Assembly (NCBI GenBank): GCA_016939335.1
Contig: JAFGHC010000039.1
Location: 2,376 to 66,375 of the forward strand
Direction of reading: 5' to 3'
DNA length: 64,000 nucleotides
DNA from: Candidatus Saganbacteria bacterium
Lineage (GTDB): Bacteria > Margulisbacteria > WOR-1 > O2-12-FULL-45-9 > XYB2-FULL-48-7
The translations under genes and the position numbers were made by a program. A model generated the notes under the pieces. The model was given only the letters and a program-made list of their open reading frames with translations. It did no database searches and was not told the origin of the DNA. Positions within the stretch are counted from its first letter, which is position 1; every line of letters starts with the position of its first letter. This document shows, piece after piece, positions 48,605 through 57,996 of this stretch.

Positions 48605-49636
48605 ATGAAAAAGAAAGCCCTGGTCTCCGCCGTCTTTGGCCCGGTAATGATCGTTGCCTGCGTTCTGCTCGTCGTTCACGGTTGCGGCCAGACGGGAGGG
48701 GGCGGCAGTGCCGGCATCCAGTCGATCAGTTTTTACAGCGTGGGGGCCAGCACCACCCCCGTTTTTGATCCGCTCGCTTCGGCCTCTGCTGCCATCTCCG
48801 GCGGCTGGGGTTCGGGCAATACCATGTATGCGCTTTATTACACGCTCCGGGAATATGTCAACAGCCGCGACGGCGGCACGATCGACCGGGCGAACCTTTA
48901 CCGTCTGCTCTACGACGTTGAAACGCTTTTCAGCGCCATGACCCACCAGGTCGTTGCCTTGCCGTCGGCGGAGGTGATCGCGCCGCCGTTCGATTTCGGC
49001 AATAATCTTGCCTATTCGGCCGCGCTCAATAACGAGACCGAAAAAATGGCCGCCGCCATGACCCAGGAAGGGAACGTTACTAAAGGGATCGTTTCCTGGA
49101 TCTGGACCGAAAGCTCCGACGGCCACAAAGAGTACGGCGTCCTCGAGGCGGTGATGGACCAGAGCACCAAGGATATCACCGTCGATTTCGTCTTCAGCGT
49201 CGATTACACACCGGGCGACACGACTTGCGATTACAACAACCGGACCCATATTTCCGGCAACTCCGATACGCACGCTTTCCAGTTCGTCCAGACGCTCGGC
49301 AACACCGGCGAGGCCGTCACCCAGCTGGTCGGCAAGGGCGTTTCCCGGGGGGCGGGGAACTATTTCCTCTTCAAGGTGCAGAGCAGCAACGGCGACGGCT
49401 TCGGTTCGCCGCTCTACGTGGTGCTGAGCGCCGAAGCGGACGAGGCGACGCTCAAGAACTTCGACGTTTCCGCCGAAGCGTATAGCAGCGCGGCCAGCCT
49501 GCCGGCCAGCGTGGCGTCTTATGTGAATTATGTCGAGAACACGCCGTTCTTCGCCTGGTCGGACCTTTTGGTCGATCTCAACGACCTTAATCGCGGCATC
49601 ACCGGCAAACAGGGCACGATCTATCTTAATTACTGA
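48605..49636 (+). CDS. Hypothetical lipoprotein
   Basis: MKKK, hydrophobic stretch and VHGC lipobox. Confidence 0.78.
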   Translation: MKKKALVSAVFGPVMIVACVLLVVHGCGQTGGGGSAGIQSISFYSVGASTTPVFDPLASASAAISGGWGSGNTMYALYYTLREYVNSRDGGTIDRANLYRLLYDVETLFSAMTHQVVALPSAEVIAPPFDFGNNLAYSAALNNETEKMAAAMTQEGNVTKGIVSWIWTESSDGHKEYGVLEAVMDQSTKDITVDFVFSVDYTPGDTTCDYNNRTHISGNSDTHAFQFVQTLGNTGEAVTQLVGKGVSRGAGNYFLFKVQSSNGDGFGSPLYVVLSAEADEATLKNFDVSAEAYSSAASLPASVASYVNYVENTPFFAWSDLLVDLNDLNRGITGKQGTIYLNY

Positions 49637-49637
49637 C

Positions 49638-50351
49638 CTGAGGCTTAAATTCACTGCCGGCATTTTGCTCCTGATGCTGGCCGCGCCCGCGCCGGCGGAA
49701 ACGGTCATCGACCGCAAGCTCTCCCTCGGCGGCAAGCTGGCCGCCGGCAACACCGACCTCCAGTCGGTCAGCTTCGTCTTCCGGCTCAACCGGAACCGGC
49801 GGCTGACCGACGAGACGACGCTCAAGGGGCGGTTCGACCGCGAGTACGCCGACGGGCTGGAAACGGCTTACAAGCTTTACGGCTCCGGCCGCTACGCCCG
49901 CTCCTGGAACGAGCGGCTGTACAATTATTATAAGCTGGAAGCGGAGCACGACCGGTTCCAGGACATCGCCCTCCGGCTGATCCCAACGGTCGGCCTCGGC
50001 TACTGGTTCGCGACCGGCGCGGAGGAGAGCGCCATGATCGAGGCGGCGGCCGGCTACCAGTGGGAAAGCCTGATCAGCCGTGAGGAGCGGGACGTTCTCC
50101 TCCTGACCGTCAGCGCCGATTACGGCCGCGGGCCGTTCTCCAACGACTTCGACCTCTACCTGGCGGCCGGCGACCTTGCCAATTACCGTTTCACCAACCT
50201 GGCCGGGCTGGCCGCCAGGCTGAACGGCCGCTTCGCCCTCAAGCTGACGCTCAAGGAAGAGTACAACAACCGGCCCGCCGCCGGCGTCGAACGCAACGAC
50301 CTGGTCCTGACCGTGGCGCTGGAGTATTCGTCCAGGGGCCAAGAAGAGTGA
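49638..50351 (+). CDS. DUF481-like outer-membrane beta-barrel (start uncertain)
   Basis: AGNTD..S, EHDRFQDI.LR..GLGY, C-terminal ALEY; signal-like LLLMLAAPAPA. Confidence 0.75.
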   Translation: MRLKFTAGILLLMLAAPAPAETVIDRKLSLGGKLAAGNTDLQSVSFVFRLNRNRRLTDETTLKGRFDREYADGLETAYKLYGSGRYARSWNERLYNYYKLEAEHDRFQDIALRLIPTVGLGYWFATGAEESAMIEAAAGYQWESLISREERDVLLLTVSADYGRGPFSNDFDLYLAAGDLANYRFTNLAGLAARLNGRFALKLTLKEEYNNRPAAGVERNDLVLTVALEYSSRGQEE

Positions 50352-50422
50352 GCCGGGGAACATTGTCACCGCAGCGGGCCGCTGTTCATTATGAGTTTTA
50401 GTTGTGCTAAAATAGCGGTAAG

Positions 50423-51217
50423 ATGCTGATCTGGATAATCGCCAGCACGGTCGTTATCAGTCTTTTCTCCCTCGCCGGGGTGGCCGCCCTCGGCCTGAAG
50501 GAAAAGACGTTAAAAGAGCTGCTGCTCCTCCTGGTCGGTTTTTCCGCCGGCGCGCTGGCGGGGGGCGCTTTCCTTCATTTGCTGCCGGAGGCGCTTGAAG
50601 AGCTGCCGGCGGGACGGGCGTTCGTTTACGCCCTGCTCGGTTTCTCGCTTTTCTTCCTGATGGAGCGGCTCTTCTACTGGCGCCACTGCCACAAAGGGAA
50701 GTGCGACGTCCACGCCTTCACCTATCTCAACCTCTTCGGCGACGGCCTGCACAACTTTATCGACGGCCTGGTCATCGCCGCCAGCTTCCTCGGCGGCCTC
50801 CCGCTCGGGATCGCGACCAGCGTCGCGGTCGCCTCGCACGAGATCCCGCAGGAGCTGGGCGACTTCGGGGTCCTCGTCTACGGAGGTTTTCCCGTCGGCC
50901 GGGCGCTGTTTTTTAACCTGCTTTCGGCCCTGACGGCGGTCGCGGGCGGGGTCGCTGGCTTTTATCTCTCGTCGGCCGTGGCCGGCCTGGCCGTGGCGCT
51001 GCTGCCGTTCACCGCCGGCGGCTTTATCTACATCGCGGCTTCCGACCTGATCCCGGAGCTCCACAAGGAAAAGGACAACCGCAAGGCCAACCTGGCGTTC
51101 GTCCTTTTTCTCCTCGGGTTGCTTTTTATGTGGGGGATGACGTTTTTGGCCGGCCATGACCATGCCGGCGGTCACGCGGAAAATCATCCCGCTCTTAGCC
51201 GGCAGCACGCCCGGTAA
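50423..51217 (+). CDS. ZIP family metal transporter
   Basis: HLLPEA, HCH, DGLHNFIDG, HEIPQELGDF, DLIPEL. Confidence 0.95.
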   Translation: MLIWIIASTVVISLFSLAGVAALGLKEKTLKELLLLLVGFSAGALAGGAFLHLLPEALEELPAGRAFVYALLGFSLFFLMERLFYWRHCHKGKCDVHAFTYLNLFGDGLHNFIDGLVIAASFLGGLPLGIATSVAVASHEIPQELGDFGVLVYGGFPVGRALFFNLLSALTAVAGGVAGFYLSSAVAGLAVALLPFTAGGFIYIAASDLIPELHKEKDNRKANLAFVLFLLGLLFMWGMTFLAGHDHAGGHAENHPALSRQHAR

Positions 51218-51223
51218 ATCCTC

Positions 51224-51271
51224 TTGACAAGGCGCGCGGCGGCTTTTATACTAAAAGTTAGGCATACCTAA
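51224..51271 (+). promoter_or_regulatory. Sigma-70 promoter with DtxR-type operator
   Basis: TTGACA-N17-TATACT followed by TTAGG-CATA-CCTAA (51258-51271); DtxR-family gene in the same operon. Confidence 0.85.
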
Positions 51272-51294
51272 TAAATGGAAAGAAGTAACGGGCA

Positions 51295-51540
51295 ATGGCT
51301 AAAAAAATGATCGTTTCGCTGGCGGAGATGAGGGTGGGGGAGGGCGGCCTGGTGGCCGGGTTCGCCGCCGGCCGCGGGGCGGCCCATCGTTTCGTGGCGC
51401 TGGGGATCAGGGTGGGGCGGCCGATCACCAAAAAAAGCCGGGGGCTCTTCGGGGGGCCGGTGATCGTCCAGGCCGGCGGCACGCAGATCGGCCTGGGGCG
51501 CGGCATGGCCCGCAAGGTGATGGTCGAGGTGGAACGGTGA
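51295..51540 (+). CDS. feoA: Ferrous iron transport protein A
   Basis: SLAEM..GE, LGIRVG, GPVIV, LGRGMARKV. Confidence 0.9.
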   Translation: MAKKMIVSLAEMRVGEGGLVAGFAAGRGAAHRFVALGIRVGRPITKKSRGLFGGPVIVQAGGTQIGLGRGMARKVMVEVER

Positions 51541-53270
51541 AAAAGATACTGCTGATGGGGAATCCCAACGTCGGCAAGAGCGCCTTCTTCTCCCGCCTGA
51601 CCGGCGTCGAGGTCATCACCTCCAATTACCCCGGCACGACCGTCGAGTACACCCGGGGCTACGCGCTGATCGCCGGCGAAAAATACGAGGTCCTTGATGT
51701 GCCGGGCACCTACACGCTGGAGCCGACCTGCAAGGCGGAAGAGATCGCCCGCGAGATGCTCAAGGAGGCCGTCAGCCGGATGGTCGGCGAAGCTGATATC
51801 GTCATCAATATCGTGGACGCCACCAATCTGGAGCGGAACCTTTACCTGACGCTGGAATTGCTGGAGCGGCCGCTGCCGGTGATCGTTGCCCTGAACCTGT
51901 GGGACGAAGCCAGGCACCACGGCATCGAGATCGACGTCGAAAAATTAAAGGAATGGCTGCGCGTCCCGGTGGTGCCGACCGTGGCGGTGACCGGCGAGGG
52001 TTTTATCGGCCTGAACACCGAGATCTACAAGGCTTACGCCCCCCGGGTGCGCCCCCATTCCGCCGAAGAGCGGTTGCTCGATGTCGGCAAATTGGTCAAG
52101 GACGTCCAAACGATCCATTACCGGCGCCACACGCTCCGGGACCGGCTGGAGGAGCTGACGGTCCACCAGCTGACCGGTCTGCCGATCGCGCTGCTGGTCA
52201 TGGTCGCCGCCTTTTTCGTCATCCGGCAGATCGGCGAGGGTTTGATCGGTTATCTGCTGGACCCCGCTTTCGAGAATTTTTACACGCCGCTGCTGATGAA
52301 ATTGAGCGGCTGGCTGGGCGGGGCCGGTTTTTGGCATGACTTGCTGGTGGGCCATCTAATCGCCAGTAAAGTTGATTACCTGCAATCGTTCGGGCTGTTA
52401 AGCACCGCCATCTACATCGAGATCGGGGCGGTACTGCCTTACATTATTGCCTTTTACCTTGTCCTGGGGATACTGGAAGATTCCGGTTATTTGCCCCGCC
52501 TGGCGGTGCTGATGGACAATCTCCTTCACCGGATCGGCCTGCACGGCTTTGCCATCGTGCCGACCCTCTTGGCTTTCGGCTGCAACGTGCCGGGGATCAT
52601 GGCGACCAGGATACTGGAGAGCCGGCGGGAGCGCTTTATCGCTGCCACGCTGATCTCGATCGGCGTTCCCTGCGCGGCGCTCCAGGCGATGATCATCGGC
52701 GTGCTGGGCAAGCATGGCGGCGGGCCGATCGCTATCGTTTACGCAGCGCTCTTCGGCTCCTGGTTCATTCTGGGATTTATCCTGAACCGGCTGCTTCCCG
52801 GTTTCAGCCCGGAGCTTTTGCTCGAGATCCCCCCTTATCGTCTGCCGCCGCTGCGGCTGCTGTTTAAAAAGCTTTGGTGGCGGGTCAAGGCCTTCCTCAA
52901 GGAGGCGCTGCCGATTGTGATGCTTGGCGTCCTGGCCGTGGACCTGCTGTATTTAGCCGGCGTCTTTAATTTACTGATAGGCTTGTTCGCTCCGGTGATG
53001 CGCGGCCTTTTAGGCTTGCCGAAAGAGGCGGTGACGGCGATCATTATCGGTTTCTTGAGAAAAGACGTGGCGGTCGGCCTGCTGCTGCCGCTCGGCCTGT
53101 CGGTCAAACAGCTGATCGTCGGCTGCGTGGTGCTCTCGATGTTCTTCCCCTGCGTGGCGACGTTCGTCGTCCTCTGCCGGGAGCTGGGCTGGCGCGACAT
53201 GCTCAAGTCGACGGCGATCATGATCGCGGCGGCGCTGGCGGCCGGCGGGCTCCTTAATCTGGTCCTCTAA
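51537..53270 (+). CDS. feoB: Ferrous iron transporter B
   Basis: GNPNVGKS, NYPGTT, DVPG, DATNLERNL, LEDSGYLPR, FGCNVP. Confidence 0.95.
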   Translation: MKKILLMGNPNVGKSAFFSRLTGVEVITSNYPGTTVEYTRGYALIAGEKYEVLDVPGTYTLEPTCKAEEIAREMLKEAVSRMVGEADIVINIVDATNLERNLYLTLELLERPLPVIVALNLWDEARHHGIEIDVEKLKEWLRVPVVPTVAVTGEGFIGLNTEIYKAYAPRVRPHSAEERLLDVGKLVKDVQTIHYRRHTLRDRLEELTVHQLTGLPIALLVMVAAFFVIRQIGEGLIGYLLDPAFENFYTPLLMKLSGWLGGAGFWHDLLVGHLIASKVDYLQSFGLLSTAIYIEIGAVLPYIIAFYLVLGILEDSGYLPRLAVLMDNLLHRIGLHGFAIVPTLLAFGCNVPGIMATRILESRRERFIAATLISIGVPCAALQAMIIGVLGKHGGGPIAIVYAALFGSWFILGFILNRLLPGFSPELLLEIPPYRLPPLRLLFKKLWWRVKAFLKEALPIVMLGVLAVDLLYLAGVFNLLIGLFAPVMRGLLGLPKEAVTAIIIGFLRKDVAVGLLLPLGLSVKQLIVGCVVLSMFFPCVATFVVLCRELGWRDMLKSTAIMIAAALAAGGLLNLVL

Positions 53271-53274
53271 TCCG

Positions 53275-53679
53275 ATGAAGAAACACAGGCTGACGCCGAA
53301 CATGGAGAATTACCTGGAGACGGTGCTCGTCCTGGAGCGGGAGCATGGCCACGCCCACGTCAAGGATATCGCCCAAACGCTCGGGATCAAGATGCCGAGC
53401 GTGACCCAGGCGCTGGGCAAGCTGAAGAAAGCGAGCTTGGTCAACTACGGCCGCTACGGCGCCGTTACTTTAACCGCCCGGGGGAGGGCGATCGGCCGGC
53501 GGTTCATGAAAGACCATCGCGTCCTGGCCCGTTTTTTCCGCGGGGTCCTGGGGGTTGACCCGGCCGTGGCTGAAGAGGACGCCTGCCGGATCGAGCACGT
53601 GATCAGCCGCCGGACGCTGGACAAGCTGGAGAAGTTGAGCCGGCGGCTGGCCGGCGCTAAGCGGCGGAGTAAACGGTGA
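53275..53679 (+). CDS. DtxR/MntR family metal-dependent regulator
   Basis: MENYLE, DIA..LGIKMPSVT, DACRIEHVIS. Confidence 0.94.
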   Translation: MKKHRLTPNMENYLETVLVLEREHGHAHVKDIAQTLGIKMPSVTQALGKLKKASLVNYGRYGAVTLTARGRAIGRRFMKDHRVLARFFRGVLGVDPAVAEEDACRIEHVISRRTLDKLEKLSRRLAGAKRRSKR

Positions 53680-54217
53680 ACGACTGCTCCGGGAGGAACG
53701 AATATTCCGCGGTCTTTTTATAGCCGGCCCGCTCCGCTTCGCTGACGATCTTTTCCTGCGGCACATTATGCCCGAAGAACCGCCGGAAGTGGAAAAGACT
53801 GCCGCCCGGTTTATATTCGACGATAGCCAGCCGGCCGTTCGTTTTTAGCTTGGTTTTCAGGCCCGCCAGCAGCGCGACGCGGTCCGTCAAGTGGTGATAG
53901 ACGTTGCGCATGAAGATCAGGTCGAAATGGCTGCCGGGCAAAGTTGAGGCGGCCCCGGCCGGCGCGGTCTTAACGTTATTCAGTCCCCTGGCCTGGCCGA
54001 GCCGCTCGATCAGCCGGAGATGCTCGCGGTCCTTGTCGAGGGCGACGACCTCGCCGGCCGGCCCGACCAGTTCGGCGAAGCGGAGCGCGAAGTAGCCGCC
54101 GCCGGCGCCGTAGTCAAGGGCGTTCTGCCCCGGCCTTAGGCCCAGCGCCCCGATGATCTCGTCCGGCCGGCTTTTCGCGGTGGCGGCTTTCTTGTTGAAC
54201 ATTTCGGCGCGGCACAT
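53657..54217 (-). CDS. Class I SAM-dependent methyltransferase
   Basis: LDYGAGGGYF, FDLIF..NVYHHL. Confidence 0.9.
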   Translation of the reverse strand: MCRAEMFNKKAATAKSRPDEIIGALGLRPGQNALDYGAGGGYFALRFAELVGPAGEVVALDKDREHLRLIERLGQARGLNNVKTAPAGAASTLPGSHFDLIFMRNVYHHLTDRVALLAGLKTKLKTNGRLAIVEYKPGGSLFHFRRFFGHNVPQEKIVSEAERAGYKKTAEYSFLPEQSFTVYSAA

Positions 54218-54231
54218 GGGAGTATTTTATC

Positions 54232-54289
54232 ATGAGCATAAGCGCTTGACAAACGGAGCGGCCAGGCTGTATAATGTGCGTATGCACGT
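54232..54289 (+). promoter_or_regulatory. Sigma-70 promoter overlapped by two imperfect ATGnGCATATGCnCAT-like palindromes
   Basis: TTGACA 54246-54251, TATAAT 54270-54275; ATGAGCATAAGCGCTT and ATGTGCGTATGCACGT. Confidence 0.65.
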
Positions 54290-54293
54290 AACG

Positions 54294-54327
54294 GATCATC
54301 AGATTATCAGAGTATCAGAATATCAGG
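54294..54327. repeat. ATCAGAnT octamer array (family F)
   Basis: gatcatcagattatcagagtatcagaatatcagg. Confidence 0.75.
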
Positions 54328-54340
54328 GGGAGGGGAGAAC

Positions 54341-54679
54341 ATGACGCCGCGGCAAAGGAAATGGCGTGTTTGCCAGCCGTTCGGCGGGGATGCGTTTTAC
54401 AAGCCGCGCGCCGTCCCTTTGTCCGCTCTGGAGATAATAAAGCTCGGCCATGACGAGGTCGAAGCGATGCGCCTGTGCGATTATGAAGAGCTGGAACAGG
54501 AAGCGGCGGCCCAAAAAATGAATATTTCCCGGGGGACGGTGCAGCGGCTGCTTTATTCCGGCAGGAAAAAGGTCGTCGAGGCGATCACGCGGGCCAGGGC
54601 CTTGCAGATCGAAGGCGGGGAGCACATTGTGCCGCCGGGTTTTGGCGGCCGGGGACGCGGTTGGTGTGGAAGGAGGTGA
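54341..54679 (+). CDS. DUF134 HTH DNA-binding protein
   Basis: FYKP, DEVEAMRLCD, QEAAAQKMNISRGT, IEGG. Confidence 0.92.
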   Translation: MTPRQRKWRVCQPFGGDAFYKPRAVPLSALEIIKLGHDEVEAMRLCDYEELEQEAAAQKMNISRGTVQRLLYSGRKKVVEAITRARALQIEGGEHIVPPGFGGRGRGWCGRR

Positions 54680-54940
54680 ATGATCATGCCGGGAGGAGAT
54701 GGAACAGGACCGTGGGGCCAGGGGCCGGGGACCGGTTGGGGCCGGGGCGGCTGCGTGCCCTGGGGCCGCGGCGCCCGCGTTGGCCGGGGTCGCGGCGGTT
54801 GGTGGGGCAGGGCGTTCGGAGCGTTTAGGGATGTTTTTGCCCCGTACAATCCCGCTGACGAAGAGGCGGAACTCAAAGCGGAGCGCGACGCGGTCAACGC
54901 GCGGTTAGCGGAGATCGAAAAGGGGAAAAAAGTAAAATGA
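54680..54940 (+). CDS. DUF5320 family protein
   Basis: MPGGDGTGPWGQGPGTGWGRGGC and C-terminal coiled coil. Confidence 0.88.
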   Translation: MIMPGGDGTGPWGQGPGTGWGRGGCVPWGRGARVGRGRGGWWGRAFGAFRDVFAPYNPADEEAELKAERDAVNARLAEIEKGKKVK

Positions 54941-55332
54941 AAATAGCCATATCTACCGACAACGGGCAGGTATCGGCGCATTTTGGGCGGTGCCCCGAGT
55001 TCACGGTCGTCACGATCGAGAACGGCACGGTCGTCGATCAGGAGACCGTGCCCAATCCGGGGCACCAGCCCGGGTTCCTGCCGAAGTTCCTGCGCCAGCG
55101 AGGAGTGCAAATGATCGTGGCGGGGGGGATGGGGGCGCGCGCCCAAATGCTCTTTGCCGAAGAGCAGATCGAGACCGTGGTCGGCGTTACCGGCAGTGTC
55201 ATGGAAGCGGTCAAAGGGCTGCAGGCCGGAACTTTGCGGAGCGGAACATCGCTCTGCAGTCCGGGAGCCGGGCGAGGCTACGGTTTAAATAAAACGGAGT
55301 GCGATCATCCGCACCATGAGGAGGAAAAATGA
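54937..55332 (+). CDS. NifB/NifX family protein
   Basis: MKIAI, SAHFGRC, GGMGARA. Confidence 0.9.
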   Translation: MKIAISTDNGQVSAHFGRCPEFTVVTIENGTVVDQETVPNPGHQPGFLPKFLRQRGVQMIVAGGMGARAQMLFAEEQIETVVGVTGSVMEAVKGLQAGTLRSGTSLCSPGAGRGYGLNKTECDHPHHEEEK

Positions 55333-55703
55333 AGATCTGTGTGACCGCCGCGGCCGGCTCACTTGACGCGGCTATCGACCCGCGCTTCGGACGCTGCGCT
55401 TTTTTTATCATCATCGACCCGGCCACGCTCGAATTTAAGGCGTTGCCCAATCCTAATCTGGAATCTTCCGGAGGGGCCGGGATCCAGTCGGCCCAGCTGG
55501 TGGCTAACGAAGGGGTTGAGGCGGTGGTCACGGGGAATGTCGGGCCGAACGCCCATCAGACCTTATCCGCCCTGGGGATCAAGGTCCTGATCGGAGCGTC
55601 GGGGACCGTCAGCCAGGCGGTCGCCGACTACCGGGCCGGCAGACTTCAGGAAGCGGCCGGTCCGTCGGTTAGCGGCCACTTTGGACAGGGAGGGGGGAAA
55701 TGA
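55329..55703 (+). CDS. NifB/NifX family protein
   Basis: DPRFGRC, GGAGIQ, TGNVGPNA. Confidence 0.92.
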   Translation: MKICVTAAAGSLDAAIDPRFGRCAFFIIIDPATLEFKALPNPNLESSGGAGIQSAQLVANEGVEAVVTGNVGPNAHQTLSALGIKVLIGASGTVSQAVADYRAGRLQEAAGPSVSGHFGQGGGK

Positions 55704-56035
55704 GCGATTTACCGTCGGTCACAGGAGAGAATTTCCAGTCAGAAGTATTGCAAGGCCAGAAACCGGTCCTGGTCGATTTCTGGGCGCCCTGGTGCGTTCC
55801 CTGCAAGATGATCGGCCCGGTGCTGGAAAAGGCCGCCGCCAAGCTCGGCGACCGGCTCAGGGTGGTCAAACTGAACGTGGAAGAGGAGAAGGCGACGGCC
55901 GACAGCCACGGGGTGATGAGCATCCCTTCGCTGGTCATGTTTGCCGGGGGAAAGGAGGTCGGCCGGATCGCCGGGTTCATGGACGAGGCGCGCTTGAGCG
56001 CCGAGATCGCCGACCTCTTGGAAATGGCGGGATGA
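55700..56035 (+). CDS. trxA: Thioredoxin
   Basis: VLVDFWAPWCVPCK, VMSIP. Confidence 0.9.
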   Translation: MSDLPSVTGENFQSEVLQGQKPVLVDFWAPWCVPCKMIGPVLEKAAAKLGDRLRVVKLNVEEEKATADSHGVMSIPSLVMFAGGKEVGRIAGFMDEARLSAEIADLLEMAG

Positions 56036-56355
56036 CGGCCCCGTCCTTTGCCGAGGTCGACCAGGCCCGCAAGGTTCTGGGCCTGGGAGATAAAGCGGAC
56101 CTGGCAGAAGTCAAGCGGGCGCAGCGGCGGCTGGTAAAGGAGTGGCACCCCGACAAACGCCGTAAGGCTGAGCAGGCGGAATGCCATGAAAAGATGAAAG
56201 AGATCAACCGGGCCTATAAGATCATTATGAAGTACATTGAGAACTACCGTTATGACTTCGTCGAAAGTAAAGTGAGCGAGGACGATCCCATCGCCCGCTG
56301 GAAAGCGCAATTCGGCGACGACCCGACCTGGGGAACGGGCAAAGGGTGGTCTTAG
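56032..56355 (+). CDS. Small J-domain protein
   Basis: ARKVLGL, WHPDK, MKEINRAY; ATGA overlap. Confidence 0.88.
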   Translation: MTAPSFAEVDQARKVLGLGDKADLAEVKRAQRRLVKEWHPDKRRKAEQAECHEKMKEINRAYKIIMKYIENYRYDFVESKVSEDDPIARWKAQFGDDPTWGTGKGWS

Positions 56356-56356
56356 G

Positions 56357-57043
56357 ATGGCGCTGGAGTTCCGGGGAGCGATCGCCGGCGGTTATGAAGC
56401 CTGGTTCTCGACAGTAAGAGGTCGGTACGCCGACCGGCTGGAGAAAAAGGTCATTTCTGGTCTGGTCAAAATAAGGCCGGGCGAAAAGATTTTAGATGTC
56501 GGTTGCGGCACCGGCCATTTTTCCGCTTTTTTCCGGAAGATGGGCGGTCAAGTCACCGGGCTTGAGCCGTCGCCGGAGATGCTGGCCGAAGCAAGGCGTC
56601 TGTACGGTGAAAGAGGGATAAATTTCATTGCGGGGAACGCCGAACGGTTGCCCTTTGCCGACCGCTCTTTTGACCTGGTCACGCTGATCACGGTCCTGGA
56701 ACTGCTCGACGATCCAGGTCAAGCCTTAGCGGAGGCTTTTCGGGTCGGCAAGGGGAAGGTCTTTCTCGGTATTCTGAACCGGGACAGCATTATTAACCGG
56801 CAGAGGGCAAAAACGGGTAAAGGGATCTGGCGGCAGGTCCATTTTTATACTTTACGGGAGATCAGGGCACTGCTGGGGAAGGGGGCCAAGGTCGTCTGGC
56901 GCGGGGCCCTTCATTTGCCGCTGCCGGCGTCGGAGCGAAGCGCCGTCTGGCGCTATCCGCTCGAAAGCTTATTGTCGAACCTGAAAATGCTCGGCGGCGC
57001 TTTTATTGGGATGATGGCGGAAAGAAAAGATGGGAGGGAATGA
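56357..57043 (+). CDS. Class I SAM-dependent methyltransferase
   Basis: ILDVGCGTG, AERLPFADRSFD. Confidence 0.9.
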   Translation: MALEFRGAIAGGYEAWFSTVRGRYADRLEKKVISGLVKIRPGEKILDVGCGTGHFSAFFRKMGGQVTGLEPSPEMLAEARRLYGERGINFIAGNAERLPFADRSFDLVTLITVLELLDDPGQALAEAFRVGKGKVFLGILNRDSIINRQRAKTGKGIWRQVHFYTLREIRALLGKGAKVVWRGALHLPLPASERSAVWRYPLESLLSNLKMLGGAFIGMMAERKDGRE

Positions 57044-57044
57044 A

Positions 57045-57218
57045 ATGGCTTATATTATTGATCAGGAAAAGTGTATCGGTTGCGGGGCCTGCGCTCCTCA
57101 ATGCGCGGCGGAGGCGATCGCCCCGGATGAGGATAAATACAGGATAGACAGGGAAAAATGCACGGAATGCGGCGCCTGCGTCGATTCCTGCCCGGTCGGA
57201 GCGATCAGCAAGCCATGA
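57045..57218 (+). CDS. 2[4Fe-4S] ferredoxin
   Basis: CIGCGACAPQC and CTECGACVDSCP. Confidence 0.93.
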   Translation: MAYIIDQEKCIGCGACAPQCAAEAIAPDEDKYRIDREKCTECGACVDSCPVGAISKP

Positions 57219-57556
57219 ACGCCAAGCGCAAGATCGGGATCATCAGGTGTCAGCAAACTGAGGATATGTGCCCGGGGAATACCGGTTTGAAAGCGGCGGC
57301 CGAGGGCAAACTGGCTTTTGCCGAAATTGGCCCGTGCGAGATCGTCGGTTTTGTTACCTGCGGCGGCTGCCCGGGCAAAAGGGCGGTTACCAGGGCGAAA
57401 ATGCTGGTCGAGCGGGGAACGGACACGATCGTCATCGCGTCGTGCATCAGCAAGGGGCATCCGGTCGGAGTTCCCTGCCCGCATTTTGCGCAAATGAAGG
57501 AAAGTATTGCCAAAAAAGTCGGTCCGGAGATAAAAATAATCGATTGGACGCATTGA
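57215..57556 (+). CDS. CGGC domain protein
   Basis: KIGIIRC, CPG, TCGGCPG, ASC, CPH, DWTH. Confidence 0.92.
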   Translation: MNAKRKIGIIRCQQTEDMCPGNTGLKAAAEGKLAFAEIGPCEIVGFVTCGGCPGKRAVTRAKMLVERGTDTIVIASCISKGHPVGVPCPHFAQMKESIAKKVGPEIKIIDWTH

Positions 57557-57996
57557 AATTGATAATTAAGTCAAGGCCGATAGGCATAATTCATTCCCCT
57601 TTCAAGACCAAGGAAGAAGCGCCGATCCAGCCGTTCAAGTCGGACGCTGAAGGGCGGGTGGAAGTCTATGAAAAATATGCCGCGGGGCTGGAAGGGATCG
57701 AGCAGTTCTCCCACGTGATCCTGGCCTATTATTTCCACCAGATCAAGGACGAACGGCTCAAGGTAAAACCGTATCTTGACGACAACGAATACGGGGTGTA
57801 TGCCACGCGGCATCCCCACCGGCCGAACCACATCGGTATTTCAACGGTCAGGCTGCTCGGGAGGAAAGGGAAGATCCTGCGGGTCAAGAATATTGACATT
57901 GTTGACGGCAGTCCGTTGCTGGATATCAAGCCGTACGTTTCGGCCTTTGACCGCCGGGATAACGTCAAAGACGGCTGGCTGGAGGGGAAGATATGA
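57553..57996 (+). CDS. tsaA: TsaA/TrmO-like tRNA methyltransferase
   Basis: PIGIIHSPF, GVYATRHPHRPNHIG, DGSPLLDIKPY. Confidence 0.9.
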   Translation: MKLIIKSRPIGIIHSPFKTKEEAPIQPFKSDAEGRVEVYEKYAAGLEGIEQFSHVILAYYFHQIKDERLKVKPYLDDNEYGVYATRHPHRPNHIGISTVRLLGRKGKILRVKNIDIVDGSPLLDIKPYVSAFDRRDNVKDGWLEGKI

